From: Anaeromyxobacter sp.
Lineage (GTDB): Bacteria; Myxococcota; Myxococcia; Myxococcales; Anaeromyxobacteraceae
DNA length: 64,000 bases
Direction: 5' to 3'
Assembly: GCA_049840735.1 (NCBI GenBank)
Contig: JASGJN010000014.1
Location: 32,001-96,000, forward strand
Below are positions 54,583 through 64,000 of this stretch, in pieces; positions within the stretch are counted from its first letter, which is position 1, and the number at the start of each line of letters is the position of its first letter. The translations under genes and the position numbers were made by a program. The notes beneath the pieces were generated by a model. It searched no databases. It was given only the letters and a program-made list of their open reading frames with translations, and was not told the origin of the DNA.

Positions 54583-57392
54583 ATGCCTACCTCCCAGTTC
54601 TCCCCCGGCAGCCTTGTTCGAGCCCGGGGCCGTGAGTTGATCGTCCTCTCCGGCAGCGACGAGGAGACGCTCCGGCTCCGCCCCGTCTTGGGTTCGGAGG
54701 AGGACGTGGCGTTCATCCACGTCCCGCTCGAGGCCGAGCCGGTCACCGACGCCACCTTCCCGGCACCGACGGCCGGGCAACGCGGCGGCCAGGACGCGGC
54801 GCTCCTTCTGCGAGATGCCCTGCTCCTCTCGCTTCGGCGCGGGGCTGGACCTTTCCGCAGCATCGGCCGAGATCGCCGTCGAGCCGCGCGCCTACCAGTT
54901 GGTGCCGCTCCTGATGGCCCTCAAGCAGGACCCGGTGCGGCTGCTCATCGCCGACGACGTCGGCATCGGCAAGACCATTGAGGCGGCCCTCATCGCCCGA
55001 GAGCTCCATGACCGGGGCGAGGCCGACCGCTTCACCGTGCTCTGCCCGCCGCACCTCGTGGATCGAGTGGATCACGGAGCTGGAGCACCGCTTCAACCTG
55101 CGGGCCGTCGCGGTCACCGCGGCCAGCGCCAGCCGCCTCGAGCGGACGATTCCAATCGGCGACTCCATCTTCCATGCCCACCCGTTCACGGTGGTCAGCC
55201 TCGACTACATCAAGAACCCGCGCCGGCGGGACGACTTCCTGCGCGCCTGCCCGGACCTCGTCATCGTGGACGAGGCCCATACCTGCGCGCCGACGGGCGC
55301 CATGCGCCACCTGCGCTACGAGCTGCTCAAGGGGCTAACGGCCTCGCCGACGCGAAGCCTCGTCATGCTCACCGCTACCCCGCACAGCGGCGACGAGGAC
55401 GCCTTCTACAAGCTGCTCGGTTTGCTCGACACGAAGTTCGAGGCGCTCGCCACCGCACAAGGGGAGGAGCAGAAGGCGCTGCGCGACCAGCTGTCGAATC
55501 ACTTCGTCCAGCGTCGCCGGCCGGACATCGACGAGTGGAAGGACGGCAGCCTGTTTCCAAGGCGTCAGGTGAAGGAGCTGACCTACCAGCTCAGCGGCGA
55601 GTGGGAGCGGTTCTTCGAGGCGGTGCTCGATTACTGCGCCGGCGTGGTCGAGGCGGCCGGCGGCGACGAGCGGCGCCAGCGGCTCAACTTCTGGGGAACG
55701 CTGGCGCTCATGCGCTGCGTGGCCTCCAGCCCCGCCGCCGCCGCGCAGGCGCTTCGCACCCGTGCTGGCCTGGAGAATAGGCCCGAGGAGGAGGAGGCCC
55801 TTCGCGACCGGCTCTTCGATGGCGGCGCCGACGCTCTGAGCGAGGACGACGTGGAGCCCCCCGCCACCGCCGAGGACGGCGCGCTGGCAAAGCTGATCCA
55901 GCAGGCCGAATCCCTGGCGGGGCAGTCCGGCGACCCGAAGCTGAAGCTCCTCACCACGCACCTCGAGCAGCTGGTCGCGGAGGGCTTCAGTCCGGTGGTC
56001 TTCTGCCGCTACATCGCCACCGCCCACTACCTCGGCCGCCACCTGCAAGGGAAGCTCAAGGGCGTTTCAGTGGACGTGGTCACCGGCGAGCTCACCTCGG
56101 ACGAGCGCAAGGAGAAGGTGGAGCTGCTGGGCGACGCCGAGCGCCGGCTGCTCGTCGCCACCGACTGCCTCTCCGAAGGCATCAACCTGCAGGACGCCTT
56201 CGACGCAGTGGTCCACTACGACCTCTCCTGGAACCCCACACGCCACGAGCAGCGCGAGGGGCGCGTCGATCGCTACGGCCAAAAGTCGAACCCGGTGCGC
56301 GCCACGCTCATGTACGGCGGCAACAACCCGGTGGACGGCGCGGTGCTGGAGGTCATCCTCCGCAAGGCCGCCAAGATCCGCGAGGAGCTGGGCGTCCCGG
56401 TGCCGCTGCCGGACGAGGGCCACACGCTGACCCAGGCACTCATGAAGGCCGTGCTGCTGCGCCACACCAAGGGCGGGAAGCAACGGCTCCTCGACTTCAG
56501 CGATACGCCGGAGGCCAAGGTCATCGACCAGAGCTGGACCGACGCGGCCCAGCGCGCCAAGGAGAACAAGACGATGTTCGCCCAGCGGCGGCTGAAGCCG
56601 GCCGACGTGCTGCCCGAATGGGAGCGGACGCGCGCTGCCCTGGGGGACGCCCGCGACGTGCAACGCTTCGCCGATCGGGCGCTGGCCCGTTTCAACTCGG
56701 GTCTGCAGTCGCTCGGGAAGCGTGGCTTCAAAGCCCCGCTCGACGGTCTTCCCGAGGATTTGCGAGAGCGGCTCGAGGCGGAAGGGCTCAGCGGCACACC
56801 ACTCCTCGACTTCGTCTACCCGCCCGCCGCCCGCTGCCGCCCGGTGATGCGCAGCCATCCGCTGGTCTCCATCCTGGCCGAGACTCTCCTCGAGCGGACC
56901 CTGGCCGCCGCGGGCGTGGCGCCGGAAGAGGACAAGTTCGACCCAGCCGTGCTGGGGCGCGTTGGCTGCTGGATCAGCGCCGGCGTCACCGAGCAGACCA
57001 CCGTGGCGCTCCTGCGCCTCCGCCACCAGCTCGCTTCCGGCCGCGGCGCTGGGCAGTCCACCATTCTCGTGGAAGAGGCGGTAGCGCTGGCCTGGGTTGG
57101 AGCGTTATCACCAGGCCTGCTGGAGGGGAGCGAGGCGCTGGCGCTCCTCTGGAACGACGCGGCCGGCGATCCCAAGGGCAACACCCCCAAGCTCCGGATC
57201 GAAGAGGCGGTCGCGCTCCTCGGCACCCGTACCGCCGACCTGAAGGCCTTTGCAAAGCGGCGGGCCCAGGCTCTGCTCGAGGATCACCGCCGCGTCCGCG
57301 AGGCCTCCGACGCCCGCGGCTCCTGGACGGTCAAGGCCCTCCTCCCGGCTGACGTCATCGGCCTCTTCGTCCTGCTGCCCAAGGAGCGCTGA
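54583..57392 (+). CDS. SNF2-like helicase (DrmD-like); two +1 frameshifts at ~54868 and ~55065
   Basis: [58 protein letters not shown]; corrected 936 codons. Confidence 0.88.
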
Positions 57393-57394
57393 AC

Positions 57395-60300
57395 ATGGCC
57401 CCGCGAAAGAAGCTGCGTCAGCGCGAGGCCCAGCTCGCCTTCGAGGCCCTCTCCATCGAAGGGAGCCTGATCTCGCCGGAGTGGCTGGCCAAGGTAGCGC
57501 AGCTCGGCGCCGGCCACCAGGCCGAGGCCGACTACCGCATCCCCAAGGGGCTCAACCTCCGCGACGAGATCGGCCGGTACTGGCGCATGGCACAGGCCCA
57601 CTGGGCCGACTTCGCCCGCGCCTGGTCGGTAGGAACCGCCGGGAAGCCTGTCGCGGAGCAGTTCGTGACCGCGCTCCTGAGGGACTGCTTCGCCTTCGGG
57701 TCGCTGGTGGCCAAGGAGCCCGTTGCGAAGGGCGAGCGGATTCATCCGATCGGCTGGACCGCGCTGGAAGGGCGCGTGCCTGTGGTCATCGTGGCGCCGC
57801 GCCCGCCGGGCGACCCGGCCACCGCCCGCAGGAGCGCCCTCGACGATCTCTCACCCGACCTGGGCGACGAGGGCCGCCGCCGCAGCGCGTTCGGCCTGGC
57901 GCAGGAGTACCTCAACGCCGAGGACGATGCGCTCTGGGCCATCGCTTGCGACGGCCTGACCCTGCGGATCTGCCGCGACAACGCCTCGCTCACTCGCCCG
58001 GCTTGGGTCGAGGCGGACCTGGCGCGCCTCTTCACCGAGGAGCGCTACGCCGACTTCGCCGCTCTCTGGCTCCTGGCTCACGAGTCCCGCTTCGGCGCCG
58101 CTGGCCAGCCGGCATCCGCTTGTCACCTGGAGGCCTGGCGTAGCGCAGGCCGCGAAGAGGGGACGCGTGCGCGCGAGTTCCTGCGTGACGGCGTGGAGGA
58201 GGCGCTCAAGGCGCTCGGCAAGGGTTTCCTCGCGAACCCCGAGAATCAGGCGCTCCGGACTGCGCTCCACGACGGCACGCTCTCGCAAATCGGCTTCTTC
58301 CAGGAGCTGCTCCGGCTCGCCTACCGACTCATCTTCCTGCTCACCGCCGAGGAGCGCGAGCTGCTCCACCCTGAGGGCGTGTCGGACGCCGTGAAGGCTC
58401 GCTACGCGCACGGCTACTCGGTGCGCCGCCTGCGCGACCGCTCGGTGAAGCGGAGCGCCCACGACCGGTTCGGTGACCTGTGGGAGGGGCTGAACATCGT
58501 CCTCCGGGGCGCGGGTGCCGGCGAGCCGCGCCTCGGCCTTCCAGCGCTCGGCGGACTCTTTGCTCCTGACCAATGCCCGCATCTCGACGCCGCTCGGCTC
58601 GAGAACCGGGCGCTCCTGACCGCCGTCTTCCGGCTCTCCTGGCTCAAGGGCGAGGCTGGGCTGACGCGCGTGAACTGGCGCGACATGGGACCCGAAGAGC
58701 TGGGGAGCGTCTACGAGAGTCTCCTCGAGCTGGTTCCGGTCATCCCGCCCGACTACCGAGGCTTCTCCTTCGCCACCGGGGACGACACCAAGGGGAACGC
58801 GCGCAAGACCACCGGCAGCTACTACACACCGGACAGCCTGGTGCAGGTGCTGCTCGACAGCGCTCTCGAGCCGGTGGTGAAGGAGACCATCGCTAAAAAC
58901 CCGGGGAATCCGGCGGAGGCGCTGCTCCAACTCACCGTCGTAGACCCAGCCTGCGGCAGCGGCCACTTCCTGCTGGCGGCCGCGCGGCGGCTCGCTATCC
59001 ACGTGGCGCGGCTCCAGGCCAACGGTACGCCCTCGGCGGCCGAGTACCGCCACGCGCTGCGCCAGGTGGCGAGCCGCTGCCTTTTCGGCGTGGACCTGAA
59101 CCCCATGGCAGTGGAGCTGTGTCGAGTGGGCCTCTGGATGGAGGCCGTCGAGCCCGGGAGGCCGCTGTCGTTCCTCGACGCGCACATCCAGCGTGGCAAC
59201 GCGCTCCTCGGCGCGACGCCAGAGTTGATGGCAAAGGGGATCCCCGACGAGGCGTTCGAGGCGATCGAGGGGGACGACAAGAAGACGGCGAGCCTTCTCA
59301 AGAAGAAGAACAAGGCTGCGGCGGAAGGGCAGCGCGGGCTGGATGCGCTCTGGTCGAAGCCGGCAGAGGCCGAGTCGGCGGAGGTCTCGAAGGCGGTCGC
59401 TGCCTTGGAGGCCGCGCCAGACGCCAGCCTCGAGGAGGTCGCGGGCAAAGAAGCGCAGTGGGAGGGGCTCCAGCGCTCCTTCGCCTTTACCCACCAGAAG
59501 TTCATCGCTGACGCCTGGTGTGCCGCGTTCGTGTGGCCCAAGCCGCCCACGGACCCCAAGAAGTCGGATCCGGTCGTCTCGGCGGCGCCCACCAACGACC
59601 TCTGGCGGCAGATCAGGGACGGCCAGGGGAAGCCGCCGGCAGAGACTGTGAAGACCGTCGCGGAGCTCACGAGCCAGTACCACTTCTTCCACTGGCACTT
59701 GTCTTTCCCGCAGGTCTTCGCGCGCGGCGGGTTCGATGTGGTCCTCGGGAATCCGCCTTGGGAACGAGTCAAGTTGTCAGAACAGGAGTTCTTCGCGTCG
59801 CGAAGCGACGCCATCGCCCTTGCGTCGAACGCCGCGCAACGTAAGAAGTTGATCGCTGCGCTTCCGAGCGAGGACCCGACTCTTTGGCGCGAATGGTCGT
59901 CCGCAAGCAGAACAGCGGTGGGACTGAGTCACTTCGTTCGCGAATCAGACAGGTATCCACTATGCGGTAAGGGGGACGTGAACCTGTATGCCCTATTCGC
60001 TGAGCACAACATTTCCGTGCTTCGCTCGGGTGCCCGTGCAGGGTTCATCGCTCCGACCGGAATCGCCACCGACGATACGACAAAGGCTTACTTCCAGATG
60101 CTTGTCGAAACCCGCCGCCTGCGGTCGCTCTATGACTTCCAGAGCGGCCCGGGTCTGTTCGGCGAAATCGGGCATGGAACGTTCAAGTTCTCGCTGGTGA
60201 CGGTATCAGCAGATTCGGATCCGACGCCAGCGAGCCTATCGTTCTATGCGCGATCGGTGCGTGAGGCGCTCTCGTCCGAGAAGGTGTTCTCCCTGGCCTC

Positions 60301-61444
60301 AGAGGACATCGAAGCCCTAAACCCAAACACAAGAACGTGTCCGACCTTCAGGTCGCACCGAGACGCGGTGCTTAACCTGCTGATCTACAGGCGAACAGGC
60401 GTTCTTTGGGACGAGGAAGCGGACGCCGGCAACTTCTGGCGCCTTCGCTTCCTGCGGATGTTCGACATGACGAACGACGCAGGGATGTTCCTCGACTCGC
60501 GCGCACTTTCGTCGAAGGCGGTTCAAGGTCAGCGCGTGATCCCGCTACTCGAAGCGAAGATGGTCCACCAGTTCGACCATCGCTACGGCGACTACAAAGA
60601 CCAGCCAGAGGGTAGCGAGAATCTAAGTCTTCCAGACGTTACTTTGGACCGGCTCGTCGATCCCGCATACGCACCGCAGCCACGCTACTGGGTACTCGAG
60701 CACGAATGCGAGCAGCGGCTGGAAGGTTGGCAGCGCGGATGGCTTCTGGGTTGGCGCGACATCAGCAAGACGCAGAACGAGCGGACCTGCGTCGCTTCAC
60801 TTCTTCCCCGGGTGGCGGTCGCCAACAACTTCCCTCTCGCACTGACCGACGCTGAGCCCAAGCTCGTCGCCTGCCTATACGCCAACTTGTCTGCGGCTGC
60901 CTTCGACTACTGCGTGCGCCAGAAGGCCGGCGGAACACATCTTAACTACTTCATCCTAAAGCAACTGCCTGTCCTCCACCCCGACATCTACGCAGCATCG
61001 TGCACGTGGGGAGTAGCGGATACGGTCCGGGACTGGGCACTACAGCGAATCCTAGAGCTGACGTACACAGCTTGGAGCCTTGAACCCTTTGCGAAGGACA
61101 TCGGATACGACGGCCCGCCCTTCCGCTGGGCTCCGGAGCGCCGCTTCCTGCTCCGCGCCGAACTCGACGCCGCCTTCTTCCACCTCTACGGTATCTCGCG
61201 CGACGACGCCGACTACATCCTCGAGACCTTCCCGATCGTAAAGAAGAACGACGAGAAGGCTCACGGCGAGTACCGGACCAAGCGCGTCATCCTCGAGATC
61301 TACGAGGCGATAGCAGAGGCGATCCGGACGAGGAAGCCGTACCAGACGCGGCTCGACCCGCCACCGTCCGATCCGAGGGTGGCGCATCCGGCGAGGTCGG
61401 GATCGAGGCCGGCCAGCGCTGGTAGGTCGTCGGGAAGGGGGTAG
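57395..61444 (+). CDS. N6-adenine DNA methyltransferase (DrmMI/type IIG Eco57I-like)
   Basis: EELGSVYESLL, RKTTGSYYTP, DPACGSGHF (motif I), GNPPW (motif IV), C-terminal TRD, GEYRTKR. Confidence 0.92.
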   Translation: MAPRKKLRQREAQLAFEALSIEGSLISPEWLAKVAQLGAGHQAEADYRIPKGLNLRDEIGRYWRMAQAHWADFARAWSVGTAGKPVAEQFVTALLRDCFAFGSLVAKEPVAKGERIHPIGWTALEGRVPVVIVAPRPPGDPATARRSALDDLSPDLGDEGRRRSAFGLAQEYLNAEDDALWAIACDGLTLRICRDNASLTRPAWVEADLARLFTEERYADFAALWLLAHESRFGAAGQPASACHLEAWRSAGREEGTRAREFLRDGVEEALKALGKGFLANPENQALRTALHDGTLSQIGFFQELLRLAYRLIFLLTAEERELLHPEGVSDAVKARYAHGYSVRRLRDRSVKRSAHDRFGDLWEGLNIVLRGAGAGEPRLGLPALGGLFAPDQCPHLDAARLENRALLTAVFRLSWLKGEAGLTRVNWRDMGPEELGSVYESLLELVPVIPPDYRGFSFATGDDTKGNARKTTGSYYTPDSLVQVLLDSALEPVVKETIAKNPGNPAEALLQLTVVDPACGSGHFLLAAARRLAIHVARLQANGTPSAAEYRHALRQVASRCLFGVDLNPMAVELCRVGLWMEAVEPGRPLSFLDAHIQRGNALLGATPELMAKGIPDEAFEAIEGDDKKTASLLKKKNKAAAEGQRGLDALWSKPAEAESAEVSKAVAALEAAPDASLEEVAGKEAQWEGLQRSFAFTHQKFIADAWCAAFVWPKPPTDPKKSDPVVSAAPTNDLWRQIRDGQGKPPAETVKTVAELTSQYHFFHWHLSFPQVFARGGFDVVLGNPPWERVKLSEQEFFASRSDAIALASNAAQRKKLIAALPSEDPTLWREWSSASRTAVGLSHFVRESDRYPLCGKGDVNLYALFAEHNISVLRSGARAGFIAPTGIATDDTTKAYFQMLVETRRLRSLYDFQSGPGLFGEIGHGTFKFSLVTVSADSDPTPASLSFYARSVREALSSEKVFSLASEDIEALNPNTRTCPTFRSHRDAVLNLLIYRRTGVLWDEEADAGNFWRLRFLRMFDMTNDAGMFLDSRALSSKAVQGQRVIPLLEAKMVHQFDHRYGDYKDQPEGSENLSLPDVTLDRLVDPAYAPQPRYWVLEHECEQRLEGWQRGWLLGWRDISKTQNERTCVASLLPRVAVANNFPLALTDAEPKLVACLYANLSAAAFDYCVRQKAGGTHLNYFILKQLPVLHPDIYAASCTWGVADTVRDWALQRILELTYTAWSLEPFAKDIGYDGPPFRWAPERRFLLRAELDAAFFHLYGISRDDADYILETFPIVKKNDEKAHGEYRTKRVILEIYEAIAEAIRTRKPYQTRLDPPPSDPRVAHPARSGSRPASAGRSSGRG

Positions 61445-61446
61445 GA

Positions 61447-62805
61447 ATGAACACGCCGAAGCTCAGCAAGCCAGATGATGTAGTGCCCTGCCTGGAGCAC
61501 CTGCTCAAGACGGTGGGCGGTGCAGTTCCTCACGATGCTTCGGCGAGGCTAAAGACGGCCTTCGCCCCGTCTCGGGAAGGCAATCCGGAGTTCCTAAGCG
61601 GGCTCTGGCAATTCGCACAGAGCTCAGTCGAGCCGAGGCGATCGGAGTACAGCAACCTTCAGCTGGATGATCGGTCCCTTGCAACGCCCGAGGCCATCAG
61701 CATGATCGGGCAGCTCGTGGCCGGGCCAATCGAGTCGCGGGGCATTTCCCTGCCGAAGCTCTCCACGCCCTCTGTAACGAAGGTTCTGGGACGATGGAAC
61801 AACGAGCGCACCGAGTTCTCCGGGTGGCCAGAGTGGGTCGTGACATTTCCGGTGGAGCGGCCGAACAGCGGGCGCCCCATCCCGCCTTCGGAGCCTGTAG
61901 TTGGCAAGGGGATGCGTCCGTACGCCTCCGGAGTCCAGGCCGTTCTCGACTGGGTCTGGGGCCGAGGCGGTAGCGAGAACCACCTGCCGCACGAGAACTC
62001 GCTTGTCGTCGTGGTACCCGACTACCGGTGCCGGATCAAATCAGCCGAGTGGCGGCGGGGAAGGGTCCTGGCTGTCGTCGAGGGACCGGAGGAGGCTCTT
62101 GAGCTTCAGGTTCTCGCTTACGCGAGCGGCGGCCATTCTCCAAGCTCCCCACTGACAGAGCTGCCGCGCGGCGAGACCTTGGAAGTTGCGGTCCCCTCGG
62201 AAACCGAGAGGGTGGAGTTGTACCTTGTTCGCTCTTCCGGGGAGTTGGCCAGCCACGTCGTTTTGCACTCGGCGGGCGAGGAGTTCGAGGCGAATCCCGG
62301 ACGCCCCACCGTTGAGGAGCAGGCACGCGCTGACCTGCGGGGAGAGGGTCAGCACGTGGAGTTCAAGCCATTCATAGAGCCCAAGCATCAGAAGGAGCAC
62401 GAAGTCGTCAAGTCGATCGTGGCCTTCTCAAACACAGAGGGTGGTCGCCTCTACATCGGGGTTACGAAGGACGGAGTGCCGGAAGGAGATGCAGCCCTTC
62501 GCCGCGTCGCTAAGGCCGACGGAGAAGCCGCGATCAAGAAGCTCGTCGACTGGGTAAGGAGCCTGGCCGCCGAAAAGGTCAAGCCAGACCCGGACCTAGA
62601 AGTACAGGTCATTCGCGTGTCCGGCGAGGCGGTCATCCTCGTGTCGATCGCCGCGGGTACCTCGCCGCCGTACTCGACCCACGCCAACGATGTCTTCATC
62701 CGAAGCGGAGCAACCAACCGGAAGCCTGATCCTCGCACCGAGTTGCCGCACCTCGGGGAGGCGCGCCGGGGAGCATTGCTAACGGAGTTCGGTGATCGAT
62801 TCTAG
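61447..62805 (+). CDS. Protein with C-terminal Schlafen/AlbA_2 domain and unknown ~290 aa N-terminus
   Basis: GEGQHVEFK, SIVAFSNTEGGRLYIGV..DG, PYS..VFIRSGAT. Confidence 0.8.
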   Translation: MNTPKLSKPDDVVPCLEHLLKTVGGAVPHDASARLKTAFAPSREGNPEFLSGLWQFAQSSVEPRRSEYSNLQLDDRSLATPEAISMIGQLVAGPIESRGISLPKLSTPSVTKVLGRWNNERTEFSGWPEWVVTFPVERPNSGRPIPPSEPVVGKGMRPYASGVQAVLDWVWGRGGSENHLPHENSLVVVVPDYRCRIKSAEWRRGRVLAVVEGPEEALELQVLAYASGGHSPSSPLTELPRGETLEVAVPSETERVELYLVRSSGELASHVVLHSAGEEFEANPGRPTVEEQARADLRGEGQHVEFKPFIEPKHQKEHEVVKSIVAFSNTEGGRLYIGVTKDGVPEGDAALRRVAKADGEAAIKKLVDWVRSLAAEKVKPDPDLEVQVIRVSGEAVILVSIAAGTSPPYSTHANDVFIRSGATNRKPDPRTELPHLGEARRGALLTEFGDRF

Positions 62806-62815
62806 GGAGCGCTCA

Positions 62816-63739
62816 ATGCCAAACGCGTTAGTTCTCGACGACCCGTGGTCTCGGATCGGCTCCGCGTGCAGGACGAGCCGCGCCTACGCCGCCGTGGCCT
62901 ACATCGGCAAGGGCGCGACGCGGCTGCTCCCGCTTCGCGCCGGCAGCAAGCTGGTCGTCGATGCGAGTGAGGCGGCCGTTCGCTCCGGCCAGACCGATCC
63001 CCGGGAGTTGCTGAAGTTCTTTCGCAAGGGCGTCGACGTCTTCTCGCAGCCCAGGCTGCACGCCAAGGTATTCGTCTTCTCGAAGGTCGCGTTCGTGGGC
63101 TCGAACAACGTTTCGAGCCATTCGGCGAACGTTCTCGTCGAGGCGGCTGTCGCCCTGCGCACGACGGCTGCCGTCGCCCAGGCCCGACGCTTCGTGCTGG
63201 ACGTGGCGAAGTCGCCGATGGGCGAGGAGTTCCTCAAGAAGCTGGTGAAGATTTACCGTCCTCCTCGTGTCCCCGTCGCGGGCCGGCAGCGCCGCAGACG
63301 CGGTGTCACGAGGGAGGAACTCCTCGCCGAGGCCAAGCCGCTGCGCCTGATCCACCTTGTGCCGGCTGACTGGGGTGAGTCCGAGTTTCGGGCGGACGAA
63401 GCCGGGCGCAAGATCGCGGAGAAGCGCAAGACCCGGGGGTTCAAGCTCGATAGCTTCGGGTGGAAGCGGTGGGCACACGACGGCCTCGACGAAGAGATCG
63501 TCATGATGGTGAAGCGCAGCCCTCACCACATCACGTTAGACCCGCCCGGCCGCGTCCTCGCGGCCAAGAAGGTGGGCCGTTCGAACCTGTCCATCGTCCA
63601 GATCGAGTTGCCGCCGAAGTACAAGCGGAAGATGGGGGTTGTGAGGAAGCGGCTACCGCGGGCTACCTTGAAGCGCCTGCAGCGCTCCGGGCGCCTCGCG
63701 CCGAAGCACGCGGCTGCGGTGCGGGGACTCTGGGCGTGA
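62816..63739 (+). CDS. PLD-family (single HKD-like motif) nuclease
   Basis: AAVAYIG; LHAKVFVFSKVAFVGSNNVS..N..EA; basic C-terminal domain. Confidence 0.8.
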   Translation: MPNALVLDDPWSRIGSACRTSRAYAAVAYIGKGATRLLPLRAGSKLVVDASEAAVRSGQTDPRELLKFFRKGVDVFSQPRLHAKVFVFSKVAFVGSNNVSSHSANVLVEAAVALRTTAAVAQARRFVLDVAKSPMGEEFLKKLVKIYRPPRVPVAGRQRRRRGVTREELLAEAKPLRLIHLVPADWGESEFRADEAGRKIAEKRKTRGFKLDSFGWKRWAHDGLDEEIVMMVKRSPHHITLDPPGRVLAAKKVGRSNLSIVQIELPPKYKRKMGVVRKRLPRATLKRLQRSGRLAPKHAAAVRGLWA

Positions 63740-64000
63740 GCGCCGCGGCCGCAGCGCCAGGTACTCGTACCCGCCTCGAGAAGGCGGCCTTCGACAATGG
63801 GTTTGACCGGGAGCTCGGGCGCTCCGGTGATTGGCTGGCGTACGGCAGCACACACGCGGCCCTCAACGTCTGGCTCATGGCCGACACAGCCGGCCGTCTC
63901 GTAGCCGCGTTATCCCGGGCCGACGTCGCGTACGCGCTGGCCGAACACGGCAACGCTATCAGTACACCGCTTCCTGCCGGGGCCGCCGCAGCGCGAATAG
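63736..64000 (+). CDS. Partial CDS (runs off window end), N-terminus resembling HNH-endonuclease-bearing proteins
   Basis: Not in ORF track; GTGA overlap; MSAAAAAPGTRTRLEKAAFDNGFDRELGRSGDWLAYGSTHAALNVWL...; HNH motif itself not in window. Confidence 0.5.
   Translation, partial: MSAAAAAPGTRTRLEKAAFDNGFDRELGRSGDWLAYGSTHAALNVWLMADTAGRLVAALSRADVAYALAEHGNAISTPLPAGAAAARI

Noticed and set aside
49230..57392. Programmed frameshifting or phase variation in the helicase genes
   Set aside because: No slippery heptamers or long repeats at the sites; the same GATC-linked indels occur in unrelated housekeeping genes

Overview
High-GC bacterial DNA; codon style and gene content suggest Myxococcota (Anaeromyxobacter-like), which is an inference. 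About 1-26.7 kb is mostly metabolic and housekeeping: dienelactone hydrolase, GH15, rnk, a GH127/AraC/ABC sugar locus, a Kef-type antiporter, hflX, beta-carbonic anhydrase, dinB with a LexA-type box, and a SNF2+SWIM pair. About 26.7-64 kb is an accessory/defence island. It holds five IS elements, most with ends resolved from sequence (truncated IS66, two ISAs1-like copies, an IS21 carrying passenger genes, IS1182). It also holds an orphan VbhA-like antitoxin, a 10-bp tandem array, a DUF6884-like/GIY-YIG/ASCH gene trio, two HEPN-like genes (one IS-disrupted), and a large DISARM-class-I-related array (fused helicase-DUF1998, SNF2 helicase, N6-adenine MTase) followed by Schlafen/AlbA_2, PLD and probable HNH genes. 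Many genes have single-base frameshifts. Eight of these are exactly GATC written as GAATC/GATTC, which points to a long-read basecalling artefact at a modified GATC motif rather than true pseudogenes. No CRISPR array, rRNA or tRNA was seen. Family assignments rest on motif recognition only; no database searches were run.
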